A stretch of DNA of 64,000 bases from Nitrospirota bacterium (GCA_963840455.1 CAWIYV010000001.1:160001-224000); one strand, 5' to 3'. Positions 28,889 to 39,900 are shown, counted from the first letter of the stretch. Notes: a model not told the origin generated them from the sequence alone. Numbers and translations: made by a program.

Positions 28889-28987
28889 TTCGGATTGCGA
28901 ATTGCGAATTGCGGATTTCGGATTGGAACGTTCCGTATCATCAATGCATTTGACCCATTTTTCACTTCGCGATCCGCAATCCGCAAT
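28889..28987. repeat. inverted heptamer tandem-repeat element (TGCGGAT/ATCCGCA family)
   Basis: TTCGGAT TGCGAAT TGCGAAT TGCGGAT TTCGGAT ... ATCCGCA ATCCGCA AT; partial relative at 12871-12893. Confidence 0.7.
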
Positions 28988-28991
28988 CGCT

Positions 28992-29873
28992 TCATCCCCT
29001 CGGATGGTATTTCTCATGGATCCGCTTGAGCCGCTCGCGGGAAACGTGGGTATAGATCTGCGTCGTTGAGATGTCGGAATGGCCGAGCATGGCCTGCACC
29101 GCGCGGAGGTCTGCGCCGTTGTCCAGGAGATGGGTGGCGAAGGAGTGGCGCAGGGTATGCGGAGAAACGTTCCGGGTGATGCCGGCCTTCCGGACGTAAT
29201 GCTTGGTCCGCTCCCAGAACATCTGGCGGGTAAGCTGGCGTCTTCGGGAGCTGACGAAGACGGCATCGGACGCCTGCCCCTTGAGCAGCAGCGGGCGGCT
29301 GCGGTCCAGATATTCCTTCAGGCGAGCCGACGCAACCTCGCCCAGTGGCACCGCCCGCTCCTTGGAGCCCTTTCCAGCAACAACGACGAACCCGCGCTCA
29401 AGGTTCATATCCTGCAGCCTAAGTCCGACCAGTTCGCTCACACGGAGACCTGCAGCGTACAGGACCTCGAGCATCGCCTTGTCCCGGATGCCCAGCGTCG
29501 TTGTCAGGTCCGGCTGATTCAGCAGCGTCTCCACCTCACTGCTGCTCAGTGTCTTGGGCAGCCGGGTCCAGCCGTGGGGAGCGTCGATGTTCACGGTCGG
29601 GTCAGCGGCGGTGAGACCGTCGGTCAGCAGATATTTGTGGAACCCCCGTATCGCGGAAAGGCACCGCGCTGACGAAGGTACCGCCATGCCCTCTTCTGAA
29701 AGACGTGAGAGGAAATCAAGAACATCCTGCTGTTTGATGTCGTCAGGGGCCTTCTTCTCCATGAACGTGAAATATTTTCGCAGGTCCCGCTCATAGGACT
29801 CCAGCGTGTTCCGGGACAGCCCTTTTTCGACGGCCAGGTAGTTGAGAAACCTTTTCAGAAGGTCGCTTTGCAT
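28992..29873 (-). CDS. xerD: site-specific tyrosine recombinase XerD
   Basis: RDKAMLEVLYA.GLRVSEL, GKGSKER, SPHTLRHSFATH, LGH...TQIY, HPRG C-terminus. Confidence 0.95.
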   Translation of the reverse strand: MQSDLLKRFLNYLAVEKGLSRNTLESYERDLRKYFTFMEKKAPDDIKQQDVLDFLSRLSEEGMAVPSSARCLSAIRGFHKYLLTDGLTAADPTVNIDAPHGWTRLPKTLSSSEVETLLNQPDLTTTLGIRDKAMLEVLYAAGLRVSELVGLRLQDMNLERGFVVVAGKGSKERAVPLGEVASARLKEYLDRSRPLLLKGQASDAVFVSSRRRQLTRQMFWERTKHYVRKAGITRNVSPHTLRHSFATHLLDNGADLRAVQAMLGHSDISTTQIYTHVSRERLKRIHEKYHPRG

Positions 29874-30525
29874 TCATTTTCCGTCAAGAAATCAGGATAT
29901 TGATTTCGTTTCTATTGTAGGCCATTGATCGGGGAAATGCAAGGAAGGCAGAAGCAGAGAAACGATACAACTGCAACGTTCACCACGGGGTACTCGTGGC
30001 AGGACCCAACGTGGAGCAATACCATTTAAGACGAATGATCGCGGAACTGTGGTAGGACGGAAGGAATGCCTTGCGAAGAAGGTTAAAAAGTTCGTTCACA
30101 CGGACCCGTGAACAAAGGGCGGAAAGAATACCAGGCGTCCCGATGTCCTTGTTACGGGTAGCCCTGTGTTCCAGGGGGCATCGGGACGCCGCCAGGCGCC
30201 GCTGTCACGAAGGGGGTTTTTCGTGGAAAGCTGTGTAATCCTGCATACCGATGGTCTTAGGACAGCGCTTCTTTCCTCGTATAGGGTCGGGATGAGGGGG
30301 ATAAGAAGCACCTCATTCGGCAGGCATACAGCGTCGCCGTTGTTTCAATGATAGCAGTCGGGATGACCCTGTCAATAGGTCTTTGTACGTATTTTCAGAA
30401 CGTGCAGATAATTGCGGTATGCTCGACCATGCCATGATGGGAATGAGAGAAAGCATGGCACGTGCTCTTCATGAGCCAATCAATTCCAGCGTCTGCGGAA
30501 CCGCCTCCGAAGAATCAACGTGCGT

Positions 30526-31170
30526 TTACTGTGTCAGAAGCGCGATCGCCTTGGTCCTGCTCTTCACATTGAGCTTGCGATACACGCGGTAGAGGTGGGT
30601 CTTGACCGTCCGCTCGCTGATATTACTTATCTCGGCGATCTCGCGGTTCGTGGCGCCCTTCAGGACATGACCGAGCATGTCCATCTCTCGGCTCGTGAGG
30701 GGCTGGAGTTCCGGCACGTGGGACTGGAGCAGATCCGGAAGGAGCATCTGATGCATGCTGATGGCCTTCTCCAGGATCCGCCGCTCGGCCCAGATCCCTC
30801 CTGCCGCGACGGCACGGACCGCCTTCGCGATAAGCGCTGGCGGCGATGATGACAGGAGATATCCACGCGCGCCTTGCCGGATGTTTTCAATGAGGACATC
30901 GTCCCCCGCGCTCGCGGTCAGCAGCAGGACCAAACGGGTCTTCGGTGACCGCATACGCAGGGTGCGCAGGAAACGCGGGAGATTGAACCGCTTCAGCCCG
31001 TCGGGATTCAGTAGCAGGACATCAGGGAGGAGCGCAAGCTGTTTGAGCGCTGTCTCCCGTTTTGAGACAGCGGATAGGATTGCGAGGTCCTCATGCTCCC
31101 CGAATGCCAAGGTAAGATCAGCGAGACGGGCCGGATCATTTTCCACGACCATTATCGAGATCACGCTCAC
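30526..31170 (-). CDS. NarL/LuxR-family regulator with atypical receiver domain
   Basis: C-terminal LT.RE...G..N.EIA...ISERTVKTH...KL HTH; receiver has DVLLLN instead of the phosphoacceptor Asp. Confidence 0.88.
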   Translation of the reverse strand: MSVISIMVVENDPARLADLTLAFGEHEDLAILSAVSKRETALKQLALLPDVLLLNPDGLKRFNLPRFLRTLRMRSPKTRLVLLLTASAGDDVLIENIRQGARGYLLSSSPPALIAKAVRAVAAGGIWAERRILEKAISMHQMLLPDLLQSHVPELQPLTSREMDMLGHVLKGATNREIAEISNISERTVKTHLYRVYRKLNVKSRTKAIALLTQ

Positions 31171-31303
31171 GAAAACGCTCCTAAAGACAGATTTAATTGG
31201 GGTCTTTTTTGGGATAATCCTAATACTTATTGTAGATGGTCGGATGCAACTTTGTCAAGTGGAATTGGTCACTTCGCTGAGTGCTGACCGGCCAAAGGAT
31301 ATT

Positions 31304-31882
31304 CTATAAAATAATACCAAAGTTGCAGAGCATCTCACCCAAGAGAGAGAGCGGTAGCCCCACGACGTTGGAATAACACCCTTCAATCCTCTCCACCAGC
31401 AGTGCGCCCCGCTCCTGGATCCCGTATGCGCCTGCCTTGTCGAGCGGTTCGCCCGTCGCGACATAGGCGGAGATTTCCCGTTCCGACAGTTTACGGAAAC
31501 AGACCTTGGTGACCGAAGTGCGCACGGAAGAGCGCCCCGATGCCGCGTCCATGACTGCGAGGCCGGTGACGACTTCGTGTTCTCTGCCGGATAGTACGCT
31601 CAGCATGCGCCGTGCATCTGTGGCATCGACCGGCTTCCCGAGGATGGTATCGCCGATAACGACGATGGTATCAGCGGCGATAACGATGCCCGTCCTCGCC
31701 CGCCCGGCAGCGACCCGGGCCTTGTCCAGCGCAACCCGGACGGCATATGCCTCCGGTGTTTCTCCCGGGAGCATGCGTTCATCCACGTCTGCAGGATCAA
31801 GGGAAAAGGAAATCCCGATCTGCTCCAGTAATGCGCGTCGCCGCGGAGAGCTCGACGCAAGGATAACGGTTGGAAGCTTCAT
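31304..31882 (-). CDS. maf: Maf-family nucleoside triphosphate pyrophosphatase (YhdE type)
   Basis: ILASSSPRR, ADTIV, DKAGAYGIQ, NVVGLP. Confidence 0.95.
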   Translation of the reverse strand: MKLPTVILASSSPRRRALLEQIGISFSLDPADVDERMLPGETPEAYAVRVALDKARVAAGRARTGIVIAADTIVVIGDTILGKPVDATDARRMLSVLSGREHEVVTGLAVMDAASGRSSVRTSVTKVCFRKLSEREISAYVATGEPLDKAGAYGIQERGALLVERIEGCYSNVVGLPLSLLGEMLCNFGIIL

Positions 31883-32116
31883 AGGCACCGAGGAGCGTTC
31901 TGGTCCGTGGGAAGTCAAGAGGTGATGTCAGGTTCAAGAGAAAAGGAACTGCCGGCCTGCCGCCGGTTGCGACGGAGCATGATGGTACTGCTTGCCCGCG
32001 CCAGCCGGCCGCCGATAGTCCTGTTGACGGATGCGGCTGAGCGCTTCTCCCCACGGTCTCCCTGAGGAGATACTGCCGGATCGATCTCCCTCGTGAGCAA
32101 TACCTGGATTAATAGA

Positions 32117-33226
32117 TTAATACGTAAGAACGTCAGTCAGGATGATTGAAAATTCCTGGGAATCAGTACCCCCATCGCCATCGTCCACGGTCACCTTGAC
32201 CTTGATTTCGTTCCTTCCGGGAAACATGGTGTCCTTGGGAAGCTCCCAGCGGATCTGACCGCTCGAGGGATCTATGGTCATGCCGTCGGGAAATCGTTCC
32301 AGCTGGTACTTGAGAACATCGCCGTCAGGGTCCCGCGCAGCAACCGCGTACGTGTAGACGCGGCCTTGCAGAGCCACCGGAGCGGTTGAGGTGATCTCCG
32401 GTTTACGGTTCTGCAGTACAACGCTGTTCGAAATGACCGGCCCCCCGGAAGCATCTCCGTCGGTAAAATCTACCATGACCGACACGTTGTCTTTTTTGTG
32501 TAGCGCTGAGGTATCAAAGGTGTTTTCACGGACCGGCTTGCCCACCGGGTTCCCATTCACCCGCCATAGATAGGTATACGTGATTTCATCTCCGTCAGGA
32601 TCTGTCCCCAGGGCGGCCGCGGTCATCATCGTGCCGATGTACGCTGTGTCCGGGCTAAGTTTCACCGACGATACCGAGGGCGGTGTGTTCGCAATGACGA
32701 CGGGAGCCGTGGTGATCGAATTGCCGGTTGAGTACTGGTCTGCGGGGACCACCTCGGCATAAACGGTTGAGCCCTTGTGGAAGGGACCCGGCTGGAGGGA
32801 ACTGTTTGGATCGCTCTGGACAAGGACGGAATCAACGTACCACCGGAATTCCACGGTCAGGGCATCCCCTTCGGGATCACTGGCGGAATAGCTTACGCCC
32901 AGTGTCGTATCAGCTGCAGGCAATTCAGGAACAATGACCGCACTGCGCACCACGGGCGGCATGTTGCCCACCGGTCTGGTCGTACCAGCGCCCGCCGGGC
33001 CCGTCACGGGTGTTGTACGGGCCGCAGTCCCTGCCGGTCCCTGTTCCCTTGAAGGCGACAGGACAATTGCCACGGCAACCAGAATAAGCAGCAGCACGAT
33101 GACGACCAGTGCCCAGGTGAGACGGATCCTCGCGACACCGCCTGATATCTGGACGGAACTCCCCGAGTCCTCGTCCTTGTAAATAACGATCTTTTGTTTG
33201 GGAGGTCTTTGACGGGGACCGGCCAT
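32117..33226 (-). CDS. membrane-anchored multi-Ig-domain protein
   Basis: TM helix, repeated N.PP...D.DGD...Y.W Ig units, C-terminal putative Ig domain (DPDGD...GMTID...W...DDGDGG). Confidence 0.8.
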   Translation of the reverse strand: MAGPRQRPPKQKIVIYKDEDSGSSVQISGGVARIRLTWALVVIVLLLILVAVAIVLSPSREQGPAGTAARTTPVTGPAGAGTTRPVGNMPPVVRSAVIVPELPAADTTLGVSYSASDPEGDALTVEFRWYVDSVLVQSDPNSSLQPGPFHKGSTVYAEVVPADQYSTGNSITTAPVVIANTPPSVSSVKLSPDTAYIGTMMTAAALGTDPDGDEITYTYLWRVNGNPVGKPVRENTFDTSALHKKDNVSVMVDFTDGDASGGPVISNSVVLQNRKPEITSTAPVALQGRVYTYAVAARDPDGDVLKYQLERFPDGMTIDPSSGQIRWELPKDTMFPGRNEIKVKVTVDDGDGGTDSQEFSIILTDVLTY

Positions 33227-33261
33227 CGGCGCAGTGCTCCTTTATCTTTTCATCTGGCTCT

Positions 33262-34182
33262 TTACTGCGAAATGGAAATGAAGATCGTATATTGCGCTGT
33301 ACCGCCGTGTCCGTCGTCAGCCATGATCGTCACGCTTTTTTCCCCCTTGAAGTCAGGGGGCACATTCCAGACAAGCTCTCCGGAGGAGCGATCCATGGTC
33401 ATCCCCTCGGCAGGGTCCACCAGGGAATAGGCGACTGCATCTCCATCGGGGTCCACAGTCTGTGCCTGGTACGAATAACGGCTTCCGACGTAACTGAAAT
33501 TTTTGTGCGCTATAAAGTACGGAGGGAGGTTGCTGATCTCGCGGTCCAGCACCACCGCAGTGCCGTAGCTCTGGCCGTCATAGGGCGTGAGGCTCACGGT
33601 CACCGTGTCCCCTCTCTTGACCTGGCCGGTGATCTTTGCAGAATTCCCCGCCGGTGCTCCGTTCCGCGTCCAGGCATACAGGATCGTCACCGGGTCTCCA
33701 TCGACGTCCATCGCTTCCGCCTCGATCATCAGGGTATCACCAGGCTTGAACGTTTCCGGCAGCAGTCTGACCTTGGTGAGCTCCGGCGGGCTGTTCCTGA
33801 TCTCCACGATGTTGGACCGGACCTCTTGTCCCAGGACCGTCGCCCGCGCCTGGACGGTCGAGCCTTTCGCGGTAACGGAACAGTTGAACCGGGCAGGGAC
33901 CTCGGTCGAGACGGGACTGTCGTTCAGGAGCCATTGAACGTTCACCGAGGAAATGTCAAAACCGACCGCGTTGACGCCGAGGGTTGTCTGCCGGTTCGGC
34001 TCCCGGGGCGATATTGCAAGGGAAAAGGGACCGGAGACAGCCGGCCCGGCAGGAACCGGTACCGACGCGGACCCGCTGGCTGCGGGTCTCTGGACAGGAG
34101 GCGTCGACGGCTTGTCCGAGGTACAGGAACCAAGGACGAGCAGCAGGGAAACCATAAGCGGTCCGAGGGGAGCACGATGCAT
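33262..34182 (-). CDS. Ig-domain lipoprotein associated with the pilus locus
   Basis: Lipobox LGSC, DVDGD/DPDGD Ig units; paralogous to the neighbour; start ATG 34182. Confidence 0.8.
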   Translation of the reverse strand: MHRAPLGPLMVSLLLVLGSCTSDKPSTPPVQRPAASGSASVPVPAGPAVSGPFSLAISPREPNRQTTLGVNAVGFDISSVNVQWLLNDSPVSTEVPARFNCSVTAKGSTVQARATVLGQEVRSNIVEIRNSPPELTKVRLLPETFKPGDTLMIEAEAMDVDGDPVTILYAWTRNGAPAGNSAKITGQVKRGDTVTVSLTPYDGQSYGTAVVLDREISNLPPYFIAHKNFSYVGSRYSYQAQTVDPDGDAVAYSLVDPAEGMTMDRSSGELVWNVPPDFKGEKSVTIMADDGHGGTAQYTIFISISQ

Positions 34183-34183
34183 A

Positions 34184-34888
34184 TCAGTATTGATAGAGGA
34201 TCGAAAGCTTGGCACGCTCCGAGGGATTCGCGGCGTTTTCCGCGTCCACTTCGATCGTATACAGGTATGGTACGGGCATAACTGCGATTTCACCGGAAGC
34301 GGAGGCCACGACTCCTTTGCCCCTTAGACCGGATCCGCCGCCTGTCGAGTTTCCCGGGAAAGTATCTACGATCTTCCCATAAACGTTATAGGTGGTCCCG
34401 GAGCCGAGTTTCATGGCAAAGTCTGCCGTGGAAGCCGTTGTGGTAAGGCTCGTTCCACACGGGGCCGACCACGTCGTCGATCGCGTCAGCATTTTCGCTG
34501 CAATTCCGGACTTTGACTGACCATCTTCAGTGGTTCCTGTGCACCCTGCGTTATCAGTAACAGAAGGGGTGAGTCCCGCTAAGTTAGCTTTGAACGTACT
34601 CACATCCGTGTTCGAACCCCGGGTAGCCAGCAGCTGGCCAATGACCGCCCAGCCGCCGAAGGCGGCATCATGCGCCGTTCGGTAGCGCTTCTCGATGCCG
34701 CTGATCTGACTTCCCACCATGATCATATAGAGCAGGCTCGTCATGACCGCCAGCACGATCGCCGAAAGGACGATCACCAAGAGAAGAACCGCCCCCCTCT
34801 CGGAACGCTTCCCCATGCGACCGAGTTGGTCGCGGTCTATGGTCATATGCGATGTTCGTTCTTTCATGACATTCACCTTCTCCGTCAC
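34184..34888 (-). CDS. type IV pilus minor pilin PilX-like
   Basis: ERG|AVLLL prepilin motif lacking E5 (typical of PilX); start uncertain (34888-34816). Confidence 0.8.
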   Translation of the reverse strand: MTEKVNVMKERTSHMTIDRDQLGRMGKRSERGAVLLLVIVLSAIVLAVMTSLLYMIMVGSQISGIEKRYRTAHDAAFGGWAVIGQLLATRGSNTDVSTFKANLAGLTPSVTDNAGCTGTTEDGQSKSGIAAKMLTRSTTWSAPCGTSLTTTASTADFAMKLGSGTTYNVYGKIVDTFPGNSTGGGSGLRGKGVVASASGEIAVMPVPYLYTIEVDAENAANPSERAKLSILYQY

Positions 34889-34905
34889 ACAGACTCCCGA
34901 AACAA

Positions 34906-36012
34906 TTACTGCAAATTGCTGGGCCTGACGACCAGTGTATAGAGCTTCCAGCGGTAATGACTCCAGTCTGTGACGTTCGCATTCAGGTCAAAGTCCCTGC
35001 CGATCCCCGCCTCTCCCACCCGGGGAGTTGGATTGGGATAGGTATAGTTCCTGTCCCGCTGCCCTTCCTGGGCAAGAATATAAACCCTGACTTCCTTTAC
35101 CTGGTTCCGGATCTTGTCTGCTGGATACAGCGCGCTGTTCGAGATGTCCTGATAATACTGCATCGATGTTCCATCCCCATTCACATCGTAGATGAAAGCG
35201 ACCTGCATGTCCGCCACGCATTCCAGGAGCGGCTGGGGAGTGAGAAAGCCCGTGCTATTGTGCGCTATCACCGCCTTGTAGAGAATGCCCGTGCCCGCGG
35301 CGCAATAACGGGGCAGATCAGACAAGACGACGGGCGGCTGGACATAATAATCCGCCCGGTTGAACGGCATTTTGAGGGGCGTGTTCGGATCCACGCCGTA
35401 GACAATGCTGGGGTCCGAACGGGTGGCGGAAAAGCTGGCGACATTCGAGAAGGTGCTGGAAAAACCTCCGCCCATGCCGGCATAGGGGAGCAGCCTCCGG
35501 CTGTTCGCATCCTGGGAGATGACGATGATACGGTCGGTTGCCAGCAGGTTGTCGGCGGCCGGCGTCCAAACATTGGTCGCCACCGCAGGAGTCGTATAAA
35601 GAAAGTTCCAGTGTTCACTGGTGCTGTTCATCGCCACGTTGATGGCTTTGACCGCCAGTCGATCGGTTTCGTGCCATCCCGTATCGTTTCTGCTCACAAT
35701 GGCACGTGGCGCATTCGGAGGGGCATCATTGAGCGCAATCGCTTCCGCATCGCCGCCAGCGCCGACTTCAGCATAGGCGCCTGCTGACGGCAGGCCTTCC
35801 CAGGGCAGCCCGTATCCGGCGTTCTCGATGTCCCGCCGCATCATCTCGAGGCCAAGTATCCCTTCGATGTTGGTCACGGTAATCTTGCTCTGCTGCTTGA
35901 ATTCGGACAGGAGCGACACGAACATCTGGGACGTCGCCGTGATCACGATCACGAAGATCCCCATCACGATGAGCAGTTCCAGCAAGGTAACTCCGGATTG
36001 ACGGTTCTTCAT
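34906..36012 (-). CDS. type IV pilus minor pilin PilW-like
   Basis: QSG|VTLLELL prepilin motif, RDIENAGYG. Confidence 0.87.
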   Translation of the reverse strand: MKNRQSGVTLLELLIVMGIFVIVITATSQMFVSLLSEFKQQSKITVTNIEGILGLEMMRRDIENAGYGLPWEGLPSAGAYAEVGAGGDAEAIALNDAPPNAPRAIVSRNDTGWHETDRLAVKAINVAMNSTSEHWNFLYTTPAVATNVWTPAADNLLATDRIIVISQDANSRRLLPYAGMGGGFSSTFSNVASFSATRSDPSIVYGVDPNTPLKMPFNRADYYVQPPVVLSDLPRYCAAGTGILYKAVIAHNSTGFLTPQPLLECVADMQVAFIYDVNGDGTSMQYYQDISNSALYPADKIRNQVKEVRVYILAQEGQRDRNYTYPNPTPRVGEAGIGRDFDLNANVTDWSHYRWKLYTLVVRPSNLQ

Positions 36013-36419
36013 TTTTTCCCCAGAATGACGGTGGTGCTGTGGCTAAATGTTGGTCCCTTGTACGTCCACTCGACTTTCACGGTGATCTGCTTGTTGTCTG
36101 TGCTGAGATCGGTGATGGTGGTGGTCATGGAAAAATCTTTCTGGAAGCTTCGGAGATTCCTCGTCACGGTCGTTACGGTAACACCCGGGTTCAGCAGCGG
36201 ATCGGTAAAGGTCTGCGTATACGCCCGAGCACGGAGCTCGCCGATCCTTTGGTCGGCTATACGGACAGCCTCTTCACGCAGTGAATTTCTCAGGTTTTCC
36301 TGGAACCCGAGAAGAGAGGTCTGCACGAGCGCCAGCGATACGATCATCAGAAAGACCGTCGCGATCATGACCTCGAGAAAAGTCATGCCCTTGTTATCGA
36401 GCTTTACACTCTGTGCCAT
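36009..36419 (-). CDS. type IV pilus minor pilin PilV-like
   Basis: NKG|MTFLEVM prepilin motif; start ATG 36419. Confidence 0.83.
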   Translation of the reverse strand: MAQSVKLDNKGMTFLEVMIATVFLMIVSLALVQTSLLGFQENLRNSLREEAVRIADQRIGELRARAYTQTFTDPLLNPGVTVTTVTRNLRSFQKDFSMTTTITDLSTDNKQITVKVEWTYKGPTFSHSTTVILGKK

Positions 36420-36969
36420 CCCATTTCCCCAATGAGCTCCTGATCTCTGAAATTGCGATGCAGTCATATTCACCGTTCGCCTCCACGGTAACACGGACCG
36501 TTCCCGTAGTTGTCACACTCGTATCAAGAAGGCCCTTTGCATTCAATTGCAGCGGCGATGCATTAGACCATTGGCTCGGATCCGGCGACCGAACAATAGG
36601 GAAATTCGGCATCAGGCTCTTCTGCATGACCAGCGAGTCGGTTGCCGCACTGAACAGACCGTCACCATCAGGAGTGGGACTGGTGTCCTCATAGACGGCA
36701 TACTGCGTTGAAGTGAAGGTCACAAAATGGATCCGGTTCCGCTGCATCGCCCTGATCCGGGCGCTCATCAGGTCAACGTACATTTCCTTCATTTGTTTCT
36801 CAACATTGTACCGGTTCATCATGCCCCGGTACGAGAAGAATCCTATGCCGAGCAGGATGCTGAGGATGGCCACGACCATAAGGATATCAACCATGGTGAA
36901 TCCTTTGTCGTTCGCTATATTCACTCTGCACACAGTTCCCATGACACCGCGCTTATCGTTCCTTGACAT
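36394..36969 (-). CDS. FimT/FimU-like minor pilin
   Basis: DKG|FTMVDIL motif (Asp at +5), AR..A motif, C-terminal Cys pair. Confidence 0.83.
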   Translation of the reverse strand: MSRNDKRGVMGTVCRVNIANDKGFTMVDILMVVAILSILLGIGFFSYRGMMNRYNVEKQMKEMYVDLMSARIRAMQRNRIHFVTFTSTQYAVYEDTSPTPDGDGLFSAATDSLVMQKSLMPNFPIVRSPDPSQWSNASPLQLNAKGLLDTSVTTTGTVRVTVEANGEYDCIAISEIRSSLGKWDGTECKAR

Positions 36970-39900
36970 GAATGACCTTCTTGGTCGGTGGGGGACCGGC
37001 GATGATCGAAAGACCCTGCGCCTCAGGTGGCTTGCCTTCCATGGCCGCTGACTTTCTTCCTCCTGCGCCGGTAAACGCCGTGGCAAGGTCCTTCTGTTCT
37101 ATAGCGCCCGTGGACACCTGGATCAGGGCCTTGCCGCTCAACAAGGAGGGGATGCCGCCGGTATTATATTGCACCGCCCAGATGAAGCTCTTGCCTCCAA
37201 ACGTGCATATGTCGTTCGAGGGCTTATACGTGGTGAAGTATACAATGCCCTGCCCTATCGATGCAAGGGGGTCGGTTATCATTCGTTCGGCAGAGAAGAC
37301 CGTGGCAGCATCCGGCGCGTAGGTATACGTCCCCGGTGGATCGAGCGCCAGGTACCAGCCTTTAAACGTCGACCCGTTCCCGACAGAGGTGGTCGGCACA
37401 TTGGCAACATCCGAGACATCCGTCAGGCCGGAGAACGGACTGCTGGCCAAGGTAGCCGGGGTCGTGCAGGTAACGTCATACCCTGTCGAGGTGAAACAGG
37501 GGTCCTTGACGCCGAACAGGAACCGCTGCCCACCCGTATCGTCCACGGTGGTCTGCGTGAAATAGTAGCGTCCTGTCCCGAAATAGACCCACAGGTTGCT
37601 ATTGGTCTGGTCAATGATCTTGCCCACTGCCGACGTTACCGGACCGATATTGTCGATAAACGTGCTCCATGTCCAATTCGAAGGGTCCGCGTCCCTCTTG
37701 GTCGAAAGCCTGCCCATGCCCCCGTTCGTCCACGTGTTAATAGCGCAGATATTATTGCTCGAAAACGGCGAGGGGGCCGCGGTAGTGGCAGTGCACTTTT
37801 GTATGTACGGCACGTACACGATCTCATCCTGATAGTCGCTGCCGTCCGTGTCAAGGGTGGAATTGCCAAGGGAGCCGGCGAATGCATTGGAAATCCCCGT
37901 ATCCTTTACCCAATAGTTCGTATTAAGCGTCCATGCGTCCGCAACGGGTTTCGCCAGATTAAGGATAAAGAGTTTCAGGTTCTGGTCCGACTGGCCCATG
38001 AACTGGTGATCGCCCGTGCTGATCGGCCCGGTCGGGCCCGAGCCGAAGATCACGAACCATTTGCCGTTCTTTAATTTGTCGGACACCCCCGCGGTTTTCC
38101 CGTTTATCCTCACTACCGTGGGGCCGCTGGTTGCGAATCCGAGCTCTGGATCCGAGAATTCCCAGAGAAGCTTCGGGTTGTTCTGGTCCGTGATGTCAAG
38201 GGCAAAATAGGAGGAATACCCCAGGCCCGCGACGGGCGTCTTTACGCAGTTCGTGCACGTATCTGTGGAATTCTTGCACGCCCCGCCGAACCGCATGCCG
38301 CCGATCAAAATGGTCTTCCAACTGCTTACGGTCCGCGCATCGTCAGGCGCACCATCGATGCTCGCGTCAAAGATGAACGGCGTAAGGTCCACGGAATAGA
38401 GATGGCAGTATTTGGTGTCCGCCATGTACTGCAGGTACGGCAGGACATTCTTGGGGATGAATGCCCATAGCTCCTTGCCGCAGGGTACGGCGTCACCGGC
38501 TTTGCAGATATCGCCCGTGTCCGGGTTCATCAGCCTTGCCTTCTCCGTGGCGCCCTTGCCGCTCCATTGCAGCTCGAGGGTCCCGAGCTTGAAGGCATGA
38601 AGCATCCCGTCGTTCCCCCCGGTAAAAACCATGCCCCGCCCCTTGTATGCCGCGGTGGTGATGAAATGAGTATTGTCAGCGGGATCTCCCAACTGGTTCG
38701 GGATGCCATACGTCAAATCCCCGTATACCTTGTCGTAGGTGTTCAGCGCCACCCACGATGATATCTTGGGGGTTGAGTTCACGATATCGCCGAGCTTCCA
38801 GACCCGCGGGGTCGAGTCGATCGACTCGACTTTTACGGTCCGGGAACGGTATCCGCTGACATCCACGCCCTGGACCCAGTCGATAAGATTCGGCGCATCG
38901 GCCGCGGTCACGTTCAGATACGGCGCCAGCGTTGCCGAATTATTGGTGTCGCCGTTAAGCGTGTCGCTCGAAAAATTTCCCGCCAGCAAACTGGTCCCGT
39001 TGATGGTCGTGTAGATCTTTCTCTTCCCGGCGGCAGTCTTGACGTTCCTCTTCCACAACAACGTGCCCGCTTCCCAGAGGTTCCCCAACGCTTCAAATTC
39101 TATGTCCGGCAGCAGTTGAGTGCCTATCACGCCATTGCCCAAGGGGTCCTCCCACCTATGCGCTTTTGCTTTCGCAGAAGACTTATCGAAATAGAGAGAA
39201 AGGACATAGTCATGGGTGGATCCGGCGGTTGTGGCCTGAAGATTGAGTATGCCGTCTCCGTCTTCTTCTCGAATATTGCTGGTCTTGAACAGCGGGTCCA
39301 CGTAATACCACAAGTTGGTGATCCTGCCGGTCCAGTCGATTTCATCGAACGACGGTCCATTGTTAAACTTCCTTCTGGGATAGAACACCGCCTGGATGAG
39401 ATTTGCGCCGCTGCCCTCGCCGGAGGCGAGCACCGAGGCCGCTGTTCCTGAGGTCACCCGCCTCAAAATGTCCGCTATCGCGTTGGTGATGCTGGTTTGA
39501 AGCTCATAACCGTCTTCCCCTTCGTAGTAGGTAAGGGGGTTATCAGTGCCATCGGATTTCACGGTGCCGTCGCCATTGGTATCCCGGTAACATTCAGTGG
39601 GGCTTGTCGTGCAGTCAGGCTTATTATTACCGTTCAGGTCATTAAACCCTCCATAGATCGCCGCGTCCTTCAAGAGCGTCGATCCTTTGCCGAACATATA
39701 CACACTATAAAGGTTTATATTTTGCATGCCCGGGATGCACTTATCAAACGCGGTTGGAACAGTGGTACAGGAGCCGGGACGCATGTCATTTGTCCTCATC
39801 CAGTATGCCGCATCGATCAGGTAATCGGTCCCATTTGTAGCATAGGTAGTCCCGATACTAGTCCCAGCAAATCTGGGATCGGGGTTATTGGGAGGACCTC

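Noticed and set aside
28992-29873. Tyrosine recombinase as a phage or island integrase
   Set aside because: Size and motifs match housekeeping XerD; no att sites or phage genes nearby
30420-30475. Possible sigma54 promoters (TGGCAC/TGGCAT)
   Set aside because: The -12 GC is missing or mis-spaced on both strands
31930-32110. Possible c-di-GMP/GEMM riboswitch near the pilus cluster (42240-42410 also checked)
   Set aside because: No GEMM consensus elements are recognisable by eye; an Infernal search would be needed
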